A stretch of 64,000 bases of DNA from Methanothrix sp. GTDB lineage: Archaea > Halobacteriota > Methanosarcinia > Methanotrichales > Methanotrichaceae. Below, piece by piece: positions 19,727 to 29,207 of this stretch. The notes beneath the pieces were generated by a model that was not told the DNA's origin, did not search any database, and saw only the letters and a program-made list of their open reading frames with translations. The position numbers and the translations under genes are program-made. How positions within the stretch are numbered: position 1 is the stretch's first letter; each line of letters opens with the position of its first letter. The stretch spans positions 2,496,001 through 2,560,000 of the forward strand of contig OY821645.1 in the NCBI GenBank assembly GCA_963682135.1. Reading direction: 5' to 3'.

Positions 19727-21490
19727 ATGAGCACCTGGACCATATCCACAATTTTAATCTTTTTATTCTTTATTTCTACACCCAGTACCCTGGCGATAGC
19801 AGTTGAAGAGAACATCGAGCCCGATATTCCAACTTGCAGTCAGCTAGACACGTTAGCGTCCCTGAATTATACGGTTACTATAGGTCCGGATATATCCACA
19901 GCCAGCTTTGCTCTCAACTGGAAAAATGAGGCCGGCAAAATCAAGATGGATCTTCAGACACCAGGGGGCCAATGGATAAGATCTGAAGGAAATTCATTTG
20001 CGATCTACAAAGAGAGCAATACATCCTTGACATATTTGATAGAAAGGCCCGCCACAGGTAGATGGGTCATGAGGATTAGCCCTGGAAATCAACAAACCGT
20101 GCATGAGGACTACTGTATCACCGCACATCTTGTGAAAATGAAGAGCGCTGATCAGTACACGGCTCGATTTAGTGGACTATTCAGCGACAATGCGAGAGAC
20201 GAAGATAAGGATGGGATCGACGACCACATAGCTATTGAAGCAAGCGTCAGCGTTAAGGCCGCAGAAAAATATTCCGCAATGGGAGTTCTCGTCAATGTGC
20301 AAAATGGAGAAAAGATCCGGATCAATAATGCAGCTTTCTTGAATATTGGCGCCCATAATATCAGGTTTGATCTCTTTGATTTGAAATCCCCTGGACCATA
20401 CCGTATTGAGAGCCTATCACTCTATGATGAAAACGGAAATGAGATCGATAAATTTGTAGGAGATTATATAACTAAAATATATAAAACTAACAATGATAAT
20501 CGTACTGCATCAGGCCAGAGGGCCAAGCTCACAGGCAGAAACTCTGATTACGGATCAGACATAAATAACGATGGGCTCTTCGAATACCTGACCGTAGATG
20601 TGGGAGTTATGGTTTATGATCCTGGAAACTATAGCGTAATGGGATATTTATACGACGAAAATGGCAAAGATGTGGTCTGGTCCTTAGGATCTGGAATTTT
20701 GCCGATAGGGTCCAATACCTTGCATATGGATTTTGACGGTAAGAGCATTGAACGGCACAAATTCAATGGCACTTACCGCCTCAAAGAGCTGCAACTTGTA
20801 AGAGGAGACTCGGCCATAGAGAATCTATCAATGGTGGATATTATGATGGATGCAACAATCACCCACCCCTATGATTATAGAGAGTTCGTGGATCCGGTGT
20901 GGCCAGAAAAAAGCCTTTCAGGGGACGGGAAGGGAGAGATACTTCTTACAATCCAGGTTAGTAGCATACTTCCGGTCTTTCATGGCAGATACAGTATGGA
21001 TATTGTAGGTGCCAGTATGCCACCGATATCATCTAACTGGACGGTTACGGGAACAGAGAAGGGATACAGCTACGATCTTCCAGGAATTCATATGCCAAGC
21101 AAACCCAACAACTTTACAATACAAGCAAGCAATGTGAAGAACCTCAATGTTGGCGTAAAAAAAGACCCAGTGGAAGGCAGGTCCAATATTACACGAACCT
21201 GGATTTCAACTCGAGCAAATGCTGACAAGGATGGAATAGCGAGAATCGATAATGATATGATCTCACCAGGAAGATATCAGTTCAAGATATTTGGAGATGC
21301 AATCGATAATGCTACCCAGGTTGCCCTAGAGATGAAAGTGGTCAAGAAGCTGTTGATCAACGGTAGATTCGATCTGGCCCTGAACACAAGTGGATTTCCT
21401 ACCAGCAACTATTCTATCAATGCCAAAGCAATCAATGAATCCGTTCGCTTCGACGAGATAAATCTGAACGGGCCTTCAAGTGGTTTCTAA
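19727..21490 (+). CDS. Secreted multidomain protein (PPC-like domain, two DxDxDG-led beta-sandwich repeats, C-terminal domain)
   Basis: ATG 19727 gives a signal peptide; 'DEDKDGIDD', 'DINNDGLFEYLTVDV'. Confidence 0.8.
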   Translation: MSTWTISTILIFLFFISTPSTLAIAVEENIEPDIPTCSQLDTLASLNYTVTIGPDISTASFALNWKNEAGKIKMDLQTPGGQWIRSEGNSFAIYKESNTSLTYLIERPATGRWVMRISPGNQQTVHEDYCITAHLVKMKSADQYTARFSGLFSDNARDEDKDGIDDHIAIEASVSVKAAEKYSAMGVLVNVQNGEKIRINNAAFLNIGAHNIRFDLFDLKSPGPYRIESLSLYDENGNEIDKFVGDYITKIYKTNNDNRTASGQRAKLTGRNSDYGSDINNDGLFEYLTVDVGVMVYDPGNYSVMGYLYDENGKDVVWSLGSGILPIGSNTLHMDFDGKSIERHKFNGTYRLKELQLVRGDSAIENLSMVDIMMDATITHPYDYREFVDPVWPEKSLSGDGKGEILLTIQVSSILPVFHGRYSMDIVGASMPPISSNWTVTGTEKGYSYDLPGIHMPSKPNNFTIQASNVKNLNVGVKKDPVEGRSNITRTWISTRANADKDGIARIDNDMISPGRYQFKIFGDAIDNATQVALEMKVVKKLLINGRFDLALNTSGFPTSNYSINAKAINESVRFDEINLNGPSSGF

Positions 21491-21524
21491 GCATTTTCAT
21501 ATTAGGGCGGGATAAAAAGAGATT

Positions 21525-21543
21525 GAAGGGCGATTCGCCCTTC
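21525..21543. terminator. Hairpin between convergent genes
   Basis: gaagggcg-att-cgcccttc. Confidence 0.55.
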
Positions 21544-21557
21544 TTCGATAGTTGCAT

Positions 21558-24104
21558 CTACGAGACAAGGGTGTTGCCAGTTACTTGCGTTACTGGATTG
21601 AAACCACCAGTAATTGTCGGTATTCCTGAATTGATGTATACCCCCCATCCTTGATACCAACTTAATTCGTTTGGTGACGGCTGGCTTGCCCGGTTAGATG
21701 TAACGAGAACTTGTGGGCCATCAAATGTAACATGCGAGTTGGTGGAGAACAACCCGCCACCATTGCCTGCAACGTTCCCGGTTATGCTAACATCGTTAAG
21801 GTGCACGGTGCCATCCCAGTTGTAAATACCGCCGCCGTTGCCTGCTGTATTTCCTGTCAATAAGATGCCAGTTAGATCCAGCGTGCCTTTGTTCAAAATG
21901 CCGCCACCATTCAGAGCATTACCGTTCTCAATGGTCATATCCAACAGGCTTACATGCGCGGAGGGATTATTGAGGCCGACGGTGAACACCGAACCGGCTA
22001 GCTGGCCATTAACTATTGTATTAGCTTTCCCAGCTCCCTTCACAGTCAACGACTTGTCTATTTGCACATTCTCATCGTAGGTTCCACTGAGCACCTTCAC
22101 TATTCCGCCTGCGCTTATTGCATCTACTGCAGACTGGATCTTATTATAGTCGCAGGCAAAGGAACCAACAAGAGTTGTAGGTGTGGCGCCAATTCCAACC
22201 GTGTTGACCCACAATCCATTATCTCCTCCAACTGCCGCCACATGCAGTTTTCCTTCCTTATCCCGGATCGCGTTGGGATTGGATTTGATGAATCCACCCA
22301 AGTTATACCATGCGCCACCCGCATTATCCCATAGACCGCCATCGCCGCCCCGCACGAAGTTATGTAACACACCATCAGTATCCACAACGGGTGCTGGATT
22401 GCCCTGAATAAATCCACTCAGACCGGTCCAGGTTGCAGTGCCCAAAGTTGTATCCAGGGTATTGTACCACAAAGATCCGTCACCGCCTCGAACAGAGGTA
22501 TAGATTAAATCGGGATTAAATGGGTCCAAAACCGGCATGACATCGGATGTTATGTAACCACCCAGGCTGCGCCAATCTCCTTCATAAAAGTGAGCGTCTT
22601 TCTTAATCAAATTGAGGTCCCATACAGCGCCGTCGCCTCCTCGGGCAAATGTGTGCATATTTCCCTGACTATCAAAGACTATTTGTGGATTGGAGGTGAT
22701 ATATCCAGAGCCAGAATACCAGTCACCAGACATATCTGCCGTATCGAGCTCTCTGGCCCAGAGCCCGTTGTCACCACCACGAACAACGATATACATATAT
22801 CCATTTGGTGATGATTCGACTGCTGCACTGGGATTTGAGGTTATTATTCCCCCGAGGTTCCACCAGCTACCACCAAAGACTCTATCCCATAAGCCTCCAT
22901 CACTTCCTTTGACAAGAATATGGATCTTGCCTTGAGCGTCTTCTAATGCAAAGGGGTCCGAGGCAATTATGCCACCCAATCCCTGCCAGTCTCCGTCTAC
23001 GTTATCCCACAATCCGTTATCGCCACCTTTTGCGAAGATATGCTTCTTGCCATCAGCCTGCAGCTGATACGGATTAGATGTTAAAACGCCTCCAAATCCA
23101 TTCCATACCCATGAACCGGGAGTAGGGATAAAGCCAGCCGTTGAACCCTGAAGATCGCCCACGAGATTGGTATCTACGACGGCCGGGCTTCCAGCCGATG
23201 CTGACATACTGCCCGAAACGCTCTCCCCTTCGACATCATAACTTTCGGAAGAAGAATCATCAGAGGTGCTGGATGCATATATCCTTACATCTCCATTTGC
23301 ATCTAATTCCTGGTTTGAGGTCACATGGCCGTTAGCACTACCAGTCATGCTCGATTCCAGATGACCAGCAGAGGAAAGGTAGGAATATGCATCTCCATCT
23401 GCAGAAGTAGACTTAACCGCAGAATATGCCTTCGATTCAAGGCTATCTGCCTGGAAAGATCCAGAAGCGCTAACACCATCGGATGCAGTAGTATCTAGGA
23501 AGCCGCTCATGCCTCCCACGCCGTTCAATCCACTAGTTAGATGGACGATATTATCTGAGGATTGGACCACGCCATCCACATATCCCAGAGCCCCGGCTAA
23601 ATTCGTGGCTTGGAAAGCGTTAACCGTGCCAGATCCGGCCGTTATCATCTGGGATGACGTCATGTATCCCTCCAGTATACCTGCATTCTGAGTGGTAGAG
23701 ACAGAACCGCTCGCGCCTGAAACAGAACTATCCGATTGGCCGGAGGATTGGAGATTCTGTCCCACTCGAACGATATCTGAAGAAGCATAGCTGGATGCAG
23801 TTGAGCTCATTGCACCTATTGAGTTAATGCTGCTCGAAACGCTAGCCTTTTCGTTGCCAGCCGTCTGATCAATTTTGTTGCTGCCATCGCCTTCCACTGA
23901 TAGGCTCGATGAGATCCAACCGTCACCAAGAGTCAGTCTCTGGGCCAGATCAGTGTCGATCTCTACTTCATATTTCGCGCTGACTGAGGATGCTCCTTTG
24001 TCGTCACCTGATGAACTGCTGACGTATACAGCAGCAGCTGAGACATTTGTTAAAAAAAAAATCAGTATGATGAGTTTACAAATGGTATTTTGCTTCCTAT
24101 TCAT
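21558..24104 (-). CDS. Secreted protein: Ser-rich N-domain, PLL/tectonin-like beta-propeller, pectin-lyase-like beta-helix
   Basis: Repeats 'W..LGG.I.S.P...D..G..H.F.RGGD.GLW'; 'IQSAVDAISAGGIVKVLSGTYDENV', 'GGGIYN'. Confidence 0.85.
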   Translation of the reverse strand: MNRKQNTICKLIILIFFLTNVSAAAVYVSSSSGDDKGASSVSAKYEVEIDTDLAQRLTLGDGWISSSLSVEGDGSNKIDQTAGNEKASVSSSINSIGAMSSTASSYASSDIVRVGQNLQSSGQSDSSVSGASGSVSTTQNAGILEGYMTSSQMITAGSGTVNAFQATNLAGALGYVDGVVQSSDNIVHLTSGLNGVGGMSGFLDTTASDGVSASGSFQADSLESKAYSAVKSTSADGDAYSYLSSAGHLESSMTGSANGHVTSNQELDANGDVRIYASSTSDDSSSESYDVEGESVSGSMSASAGSPAVVDTNLVGDLQGSTAGFIPTPGSWVWNGFGGVLTSNPYQLQADGKKHIFAKGGDNGLWDNVDGDWQGLGGIIASDPFALEDAQGKIHILVKGSDGGLWDRVFGGSWWNLGGIITSNPSAAVESSPNGYMYIVVRGGDNGLWARELDTADMSGDWYSGSGYITSNPQIVFDSQGNMHTFARGGDGAVWDLNLIKKDAHFYEGDWRSLGGYITSDVMPVLDPFNPDLIYTSVRGGDGSLWYNTLDTTLGTATWTGLSGFIQGNPAPVVDTDGVLHNFVRGGDGGLWDNAGGAWYNLGGFIKSNPNAIRDKEGKLHVAAVGGDNGLWVNTVGIGATPTTLVGSFACDYNKIQSAVDAISAGGIVKVLSGTYDENVQIDKSLTVKGAGKANTIVNGQLAGSVFTVGLNNPSAHVSLLDMTIENGNALNGGGILNKGTLDLTGILLTGNTAGNGGGIYNWDGTVHLNDVSITGNVAGNGGGLFSTNSHVTFDGPQVLVTSNRASQPSPNELSWYQGWGVYINSGIPTITGGFNPVTQVTGNTLVS

Positions 24105-24601
24105 ATTTGTTCTTCCTCAGTTATAGTCATTAATGTTGTTATAAATAGTTTATGTCGATAATTTATAAGATATAAATGATTATCATAAAAACATTTATTT
24201 TAGATCTATAATTGGCATTAATTCAAGCTGCACAGCCTGAGAGATAATACGTAGATCTTGCCAAGGACTTAATAGATTCTAGAAAAACACATCAACTATA
24301 AGATTATATCATAAATATTATAATACTTAATATGAACTCCGCCTTGAATTATCATATCAATAGAAATTGTTACATAATTTGATAATGCCGCACATGCGTC
24401 TCGAAATGATCTATAGCTCGATACAGATCTCTTATTAATGAGAAGGCCCTATGGATAAACATAGGTGGGGAAAGTTTCTTATATCTAGAAAGAATAAGAC
24501 GTACTAACATTTTAGTTGGAGAGATAGCAGTAAAACTGAATTATGGGCAAGCATCAATTGCGCCTAATGTCATCGATCTAGGAGATTAATGCTGCAAGGC
24601 G

Positions 24602-25036
24602 ATGAGGGATATGGTTGTGAAATTGGGACAAGAAGGCAAGACAATCGGTAGAATATTCATTGTCCTAATGATGGTTCTCTTGATTATCTTCTTGGCAACT
24701 CCTTCGAGTGCAATATCTTTTGGGAGAAATTCCAAGACGATCGATAATTGTGAAGTTAAATGCACGAAATTCGAGAAAGTCATAGATTATAATTATAAAA
24801 ATGAAAGAACTATCGTGATATATTCTTTCATCGTGGGTGGGATAAAGAAGAACCTCTATGTCAAATACGCTCAAGACTGCAAGGATGGGCATTATAGCAG
24901 AACTTGCACCCCATTTGCCCGGTGCAGTGTAAACAAGTTATGTGAGCAAAGTGGCCCTATTAGAACAGAATCCAAAGGCTATTGGAATGAGTGTGGCAGA
25001 TGGGATATTATAGACATTTGGGTGGCTACAGCCTAA
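24602..25036 (+). CDS. Small secreted Cys-rich hypothetical protein
   Basis: Hydrophobic signal ending 'TPSSA'; 7 Cys in the mature part. Confidence 0.65.
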   Translation: MRDMVVKLGQEGKTIGRIFIVLMMVLLIIFLATPSSAISFGRNSKTIDNCEVKCTKFEKVIDYNYKNERTIVIYSFIVGGIKKNLYVKYAQDCKDGHYSRTCTPFARCSVNKLCEQSGPIRTESKGYWNECGRWDIIDIWVATA

Positions 25037-25051
25037 GAGTTCTGATAATAA

Positions 25052-25549
25052 ATGATATATCCAAGATTAATGCTGGCCATGGTATTGGTAATCAGCAGTC
25101 TATCTAGTTCTTTTGCGGCGGAAAATGCCGGAAATTTGCCGGAAATATCGACATATATTCCTGAGAGCGGACAGATACATGCCAAGCAGACAATATTGTC
25201 GAATGCAACTATTGAGACCAATATATCATCCTTTTTATTTGTTTTGACCTGGCTTAATGCCACAAGCAACCTGGAAGCTGCCTTGATCGCCCCCAATGGC
25301 GCCAGGATAGACTCGACTGCTCAATCGCCAGTTATCTACGGCGTGAATAAGAGCCTGATATTCTATATCCTACCAAATGCAGAGGTAGGAAAATGGACTG
25401 CGGTGATAACTGCAAAAGATGTGCCGGATGTGGGTGAGTCTTATTGGGCCCTATTTAGCACGATTCCAGAAAATGAATATACAAACCAAGATCTGAACGA
25501 TTTGGAGAACACCGACGAAGAGTGCCAAAACTGCGCAGAAAAAAGTTAA
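25052..25549 (+). CDS. Secreted PPC-like single-domain protein
   Basis: Signal peptide; 'FVLTWLNATSNLEAALIAPNG', 'GKWTAVI'; C-terminal CQNC. Confidence 0.75.
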   Translation: MIYPRLMLAMVLVISSLSSSFAAENAGNLPEISTYIPESGQIHAKQTILSNATIETNISSFLFVLTWLNATSNLEAALIAPNGARIDSTAQSPVIYGVNKSLIFYILPNAEVGKWTAVITAKDVPDVGESYWALFSTIPENEYTNQDLNDLENTDEECQNCAEKS

Positions 25550-25558
25550 TAATATGCT

Positions 25559-26518
25559 TTATATTATCAGAACCTCGCTCTGTTTTATACCCAGCAAACC
25601 CTTTCCTGGGGAATATATCCCCCCAGTCAAGATGTATTCACCCTTCTCCCAGGATTGATCCGGCAAGAGGATAAGGTCGACACCCTGTTGAGTTGATTCC
25701 TGCAGGCCGATTGCACTGTTTGCCGGCAGAAGGGGCAGCAGATCCATGAGAAGCTCGCTGGAAATTTTGAGAGGACCATCTATCTGTAACGATTTAGAGC
25801 CCAGGGACAGAGTAATATCAAAACTGTTTGTCGTCTCATTCTTGGCTACACCCAAGCTGGCGTTTTCATAATCATTCCGAGAGATCAGAATTGCCGCAAA
25901 GAATTTGTTCTGATTGCCTGGCACAGTTGTATTCATCACCACCTGAATGAACGGCTCTTCCGCTTCTACAATACTTGGCACCTGCAGGACTGTTTGTCCT
26001 TCTGTTATCAGCAATGGCATAGAGATGAGCAATGATTTTTTTTCATCAAAGAAATTCAGTGAATGCAGGCCGCTACTGGTTATAGATAGCAGGAAAGATC
26101 TACAATTGGTGCCATTGAGGTCATTGGCGTTAATGGTATAATTGCTGCCATATAACGCGAGATTTTTTTTTGCGCAATCTTTACCACTAAAGCCGGTTCC
26201 ATGATAGTCGGAAAGGTAGAATGAGAGATCGAATGGAGATGTGCACACAGAGATATTGGATGCGTCTGCTTGGAGAGGAGAGAGAAAAGCGCCAACAATT
26301 GATTGGTTGATGGAATAAACCGGAATAAGGTCAAAAAGATCTATCCTACCAGCTCCCTCTGGAAAGCTCATCTTCGGCATTAATAGAGTATCATTTCCAT
26401 CAAGGCTGATTGAACACTTTCCGGAAGAGTCCCCAAAAAATGCCGCCGATGAGTTGCCCAATGCGGTCACATTAACAGGAAAGATAAGGAGCAAAAGCAG
26501 AATAATTATGCCAACCAT
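25559..26518 (-). CDS. Secreted methanogen extracellular-domain protein (TIGR04279-like)
   Basis: Signal peptide; C-terminal 'GEYILTGGIYSPGKGLLGIKQ'; family recalled, not searched. Confidence 0.6.
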   Translation of the reverse strand: MVGIIILLLLLIFPVNVTALGNSSAAFFGDSSGKCSISLDGNDTLLMPKMSFPEGAGRIDLFDLIPVYSINQSIVGAFLSPLQADASNISVCTSPFDLSFYLSDYHGTGFSGKDCAKKNLALYGSNYTINANDLNGTNCRSFLLSITSSGLHSLNFFDEKKSLLISMPLLITEGQTVLQVPSIVEAEEPFIQVVMNTTVPGNQNKFFAAILISRNDYENASLGVAKNETTNSFDITLSLGSKSLQIDGPLKISSELLMDLLPLLPANSAIGLQESTQQGVDLILLPDQSWEKGEYILTGGIYSPGKGLLGIKQSEVLII

Positions 26519-26630
26519 AGCTTCGTAAAAGAGATTATGAAAGTATATATGGCTTTTCCGTCATGGAAAAGAGCTTAGATACTACGAGGGGAAGCTATTA
26601 GATCTGTAAGGAGAACGGGTCTGGATTAGG

Positions 26631-27482
26631 ATGAACACAAAGGATATTACAAGATATAACCTTGATCTTATACTTCCGGTAATCTTGATTCTTCTGGCAG
26701 AGTCTCTTATCTATCTAGGCAAACCAAATGCAGCAATGCCCATTCATGCTGTGAACTTGATCTTCCTAATTCTATCATCTATTTTTATAAATAACAGAAT
26801 ATACCCCGCATTAATGCTTTTACCTCTTTTCCGTCTTTTAAATGTTGCTATGCCCGTTTTTTTCAATTTAACCCTGTACTCCTATTCCATGGTTTACGCC
26901 CCTATGTTCATACCCATCTATTTTCTTGTGAAGGATGGTTTTATAAGCCGCTCAGAAGCGGGAATGACCTTTAAAAGTTTCTTGTATTATTTTCCTCTGG
27001 CGATTGCTGTTGGCTTCGCCCTGGGTTGGGGCGAATATAATGTGATACATCCCCAAATTCTGACACCGAGCGCCAATATCAAAGATGTCTTTATTCTTAC
27101 TGTGACCATGATATTCTTTGTCGGAATTGTGGAGGAGTTTATCTTCCGATCGTCTCTGCAAACCGTACTGGAAGAAAGACTGGGCTCAATTGCAGGACTT
27201 CTATTAGCAAGCATAATATTCGGATTCATGCATAGCGGCTACCAAATGCCCCTGGAGCTTCTTTATGTCTCTTTTGCAGGAGTTGTCTTCGGACTGCTCT
27301 TCTGGCTAACAAAAAGCCTGCCGATCATCTCTCTCGCGCACGGCGTTACTAATATCTCTCTATTTCTGGTGGTACCTATGAAACCCGAGATCTTGATTTA
27401 TTTCGTCTCGGTCCCGGCTCTTATCTTTGTGTTCTACGCCTATGTTTTCAAGCGAAAATCCGGCGTAGGTGGGAGCGATTAG
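26631..27482 (+). CDS. CPBP (CAAX/Abi-type) intramembrane glutamic endopeptidase
   Basis: 'VEEFIFR', 'FGFMH', 'AHGVTN'. Confidence 0.93.
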   Translation: MNTKDITRYNLDLILPVILILLAESLIYLGKPNAAMPIHAVNLIFLILSSIFINNRIYPALMLLPLFRLLNVAMPVFFNLTLYSYSMVYAPMFIPIYFLVKDGFISRSEAGMTFKSFLYYFPLAIAVGFALGWGEYNVIHPQILTPSANIKDVFILTVTMIFFVGIVEEFIFRSSLQTVLEERLGSIAGLLLASIIFGFMHSGYQMPLELLYVSFAGVVFGLLFWLTKSLPIISLAHGVTNISLFLVVPMKPEILIYFVSVPALIFVFYAYVFKRKSGVGGSD

Positions 27483-27564
27483 GTATAAGATTCTGATTGG
27501 CATTGCTGCTTTGAAAAGACCAAAAACCGCGCGAGCTAAAAGCTCAATTTGAAATTATAGGCAC

Positions 27565-27891
27565 TTATCTGCCTACAACATCGATGACTTTGTAGCCTAC
27601 AATCAGGAAGAATGTGAGTACCATTGGCACAATGGCCAAGTTCAACATGGTTGACAGGCGCTTATTCCATTGTGATGAAGCCGACAAAATTTCTGAGGCA
27701 CTGAGCAGAACAATAAGACAGATGACACTTATAACACTGATTTCGGAGACACCGACAGTAGCAAAAGTGGTAACCACTGATGTCGTGCTGGCCGCGCTCA
27801 TGGTGCTAGCTGCGCTCATGGTGCTAGCTGCGCTCATGGTGCTGGCTGCGCTCATGGTGCTACTTACCGTACTCAACATTGAGGATAACAT
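27565..27891 (-). CDS. Small 2-TM membrane protein with Ser/Thr-rich repeated N-terminus
   Basis: (STMSAA)x4, then two hydrophobic helices 'ISVICLIVLLSASEIL' and 'LAIVPMVLTFFLIVGYKV'. Confidence 0.8.
   Translation of the reverse strand: MLSSMLSTVSSTMSAASTMSAASTMSAASTMSAASTTSVVTTFATVGVSEISVISVICLIVLLSASEILSASSQWNKRLSTMLNLAIVPMVLTFFLIVGYKVIDVVGR
27785..27862. repeat. 18-bp coding tandem repeat, about 4.3 copies
   Basis: gtgct(g/a)gc(c/t)gcgctcatg x4 plus gtgcta. Confidence 0.95.
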
Positions 27892-28136
27892 GATTACTCT
27901 CTGATAATTTATTCTAGACCCTTATTAGAGTAAATCCTTATCTATGTTCTACTTGCATGTCATATTTATAGATGTCCCATTTAAAATTAGGACTGATATT
28001 ATTTAAGTTACTAAATGTGCGGATCAATCCTGGAAATCGGTTTTGGATTGATCTCCCTCTAAGTTCCCATTTTGATTGCGCAGATGATGCTAAACATTAT
28101 GGAATCGCTTAATGCCTTAATAGCCGAAGCCTCTTG

Positions 28137-28481
28137 CTAGTGGTAGAATTGCCTGAATGGTTTTCGGTACTCATCCTGCAGCTCGTATTTTAATACTATC
28201 TTTTCCGGCATAATTTGAACCTCTCTTATCGACTGTGTGAAGAGATACCAGATAAAGCCCCTGTCCGGGAGCCTATACCTATCCGGCAAGGTCTGTGTAA
28301 ACTCAGATTGGCCCATGATATAAGTTCTAAGCATCTCGCTTCCCGATGCAAAGAGGAAGGGGAAGCTTACGTTTTCAATCTCTCGCTGGCAGTTGCCCTG
28401 CAGGCGCAGGCGCTGGGCCAGAAATACCAGGTATTCTTCTTTGGTTACCACCAACTCTCTGTACTCGCTCATTGCAGTCAC
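28137..28481 (-). CDS. Hypothetical protein
   Basis: 114-aa ORF with normal composition, downstream of aroD. Confidence 0.7.
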   Translation of the reverse strand: MTAMSEYRELVVTKEEYLVFLAQRLRLQGNCQREIENVSFPFLFASGSEMLRTYIMGQSEFTQTLPDRYRLPDRGFIWYLFTQSIREVQIMPEKIVLKYELQDEYRKPFRQFYH

Positions 28482-28552
28482 GCCTATTTTAACGCCAGAT
28501 GGTGAGATAAAAGTTGTCGTCGCTTGAATTGCAATCGATTATTTAGAACTAT

Positions 28553-29203
28553 TCAAGATATCAGCTTTCTTGCCAGGCATAACTCAGACAGGCTCATCTG
28601 TCCTGGAGCCGTGCTCTGTGTGACAAAGCCGTAGGTAAGAGCCGAGCCATAGAGAGGAGCCACAGCACGCATATGCCGCCCCATCCGGCCCATGGCGATC
28701 ATGCAAAGGGGCATATCAGCATCCAGCAAGAACTTCAATATCCTCAAATTATCATGGAGGCTCTTGGGCGTCACGGCAATCTTGGCAATAGCAGCTTTTG
28801 TCTTCTTCATATCCTCGTAGATACCAATCAATTGTGACTGCTCGGGCATTCCCTGAAAGTCATGATAAGAGACTATCACCGGTTTCATTATTTTGGATAT
28901 GGCATAATCTCTCTGATCCGCCAAGAGTTCCATATCCACGTAGTCGGCATAGTAGGCGGCTTTGATGAGCAGATCAATTCTCTCTCTTTCGCTGCCCTGG
29001 AACATTCCCCCTTCAGTCCGGAGGCGAGCTGTAGCGATGATCGGCTTGGCGGTGGCCTTTCGCACAGCCTTTATGGTTTGCAGGGGATCGCTTGCAGAGA
29101 GCAGGTCCAGTCGTAGCTCGATCATATCTGCATCGCCTGTGGCCTGGACATCATTTTCTGCATCCCTTCCCAGTACGGCTACTATGCGCGACTTGTGATT
29201 CAT
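28553..29203 (-). CDS. aroD: Type I 3-dehydroquinate dehydratase
   Basis: 'DMIELRLD', 'EGG', 'IVSYHDF', 'IAKIA', 'APGQ'; ATG 29203. Confidence 0.95.
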   Translation of the reverse strand: MNHKSRIVAVLGRDAENDVQATGDADMIELRLDLLSASDPLQTIKAVRKATAKPIIATARLRTEGGMFQGSERERIDLLIKAAYYADYVDMELLADQRDYAISKIMKPVIVSYHDFQGMPEQSQLIGIYEDMKKTKAAIAKIAVTPKSLHDNLRILKFLLDADMPLCMIAMGRMGRHMRAVAPLYGSALTYGFVTQSTAPGQMSLSELCLARKLIS

Positions 29204-29207
29204 AGTA

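Noticed and set aside
27785-27862. Possible CRISPR-like array
   Set aside because: Contiguous 18-mers with no spacers, in frame in a CDS; no cas genes
27614-27904. Plus-strand ORF with (VLAALM)n
   Set aside because: Antisense reading of the tandem repeat; the minus-strand protein is more coherent
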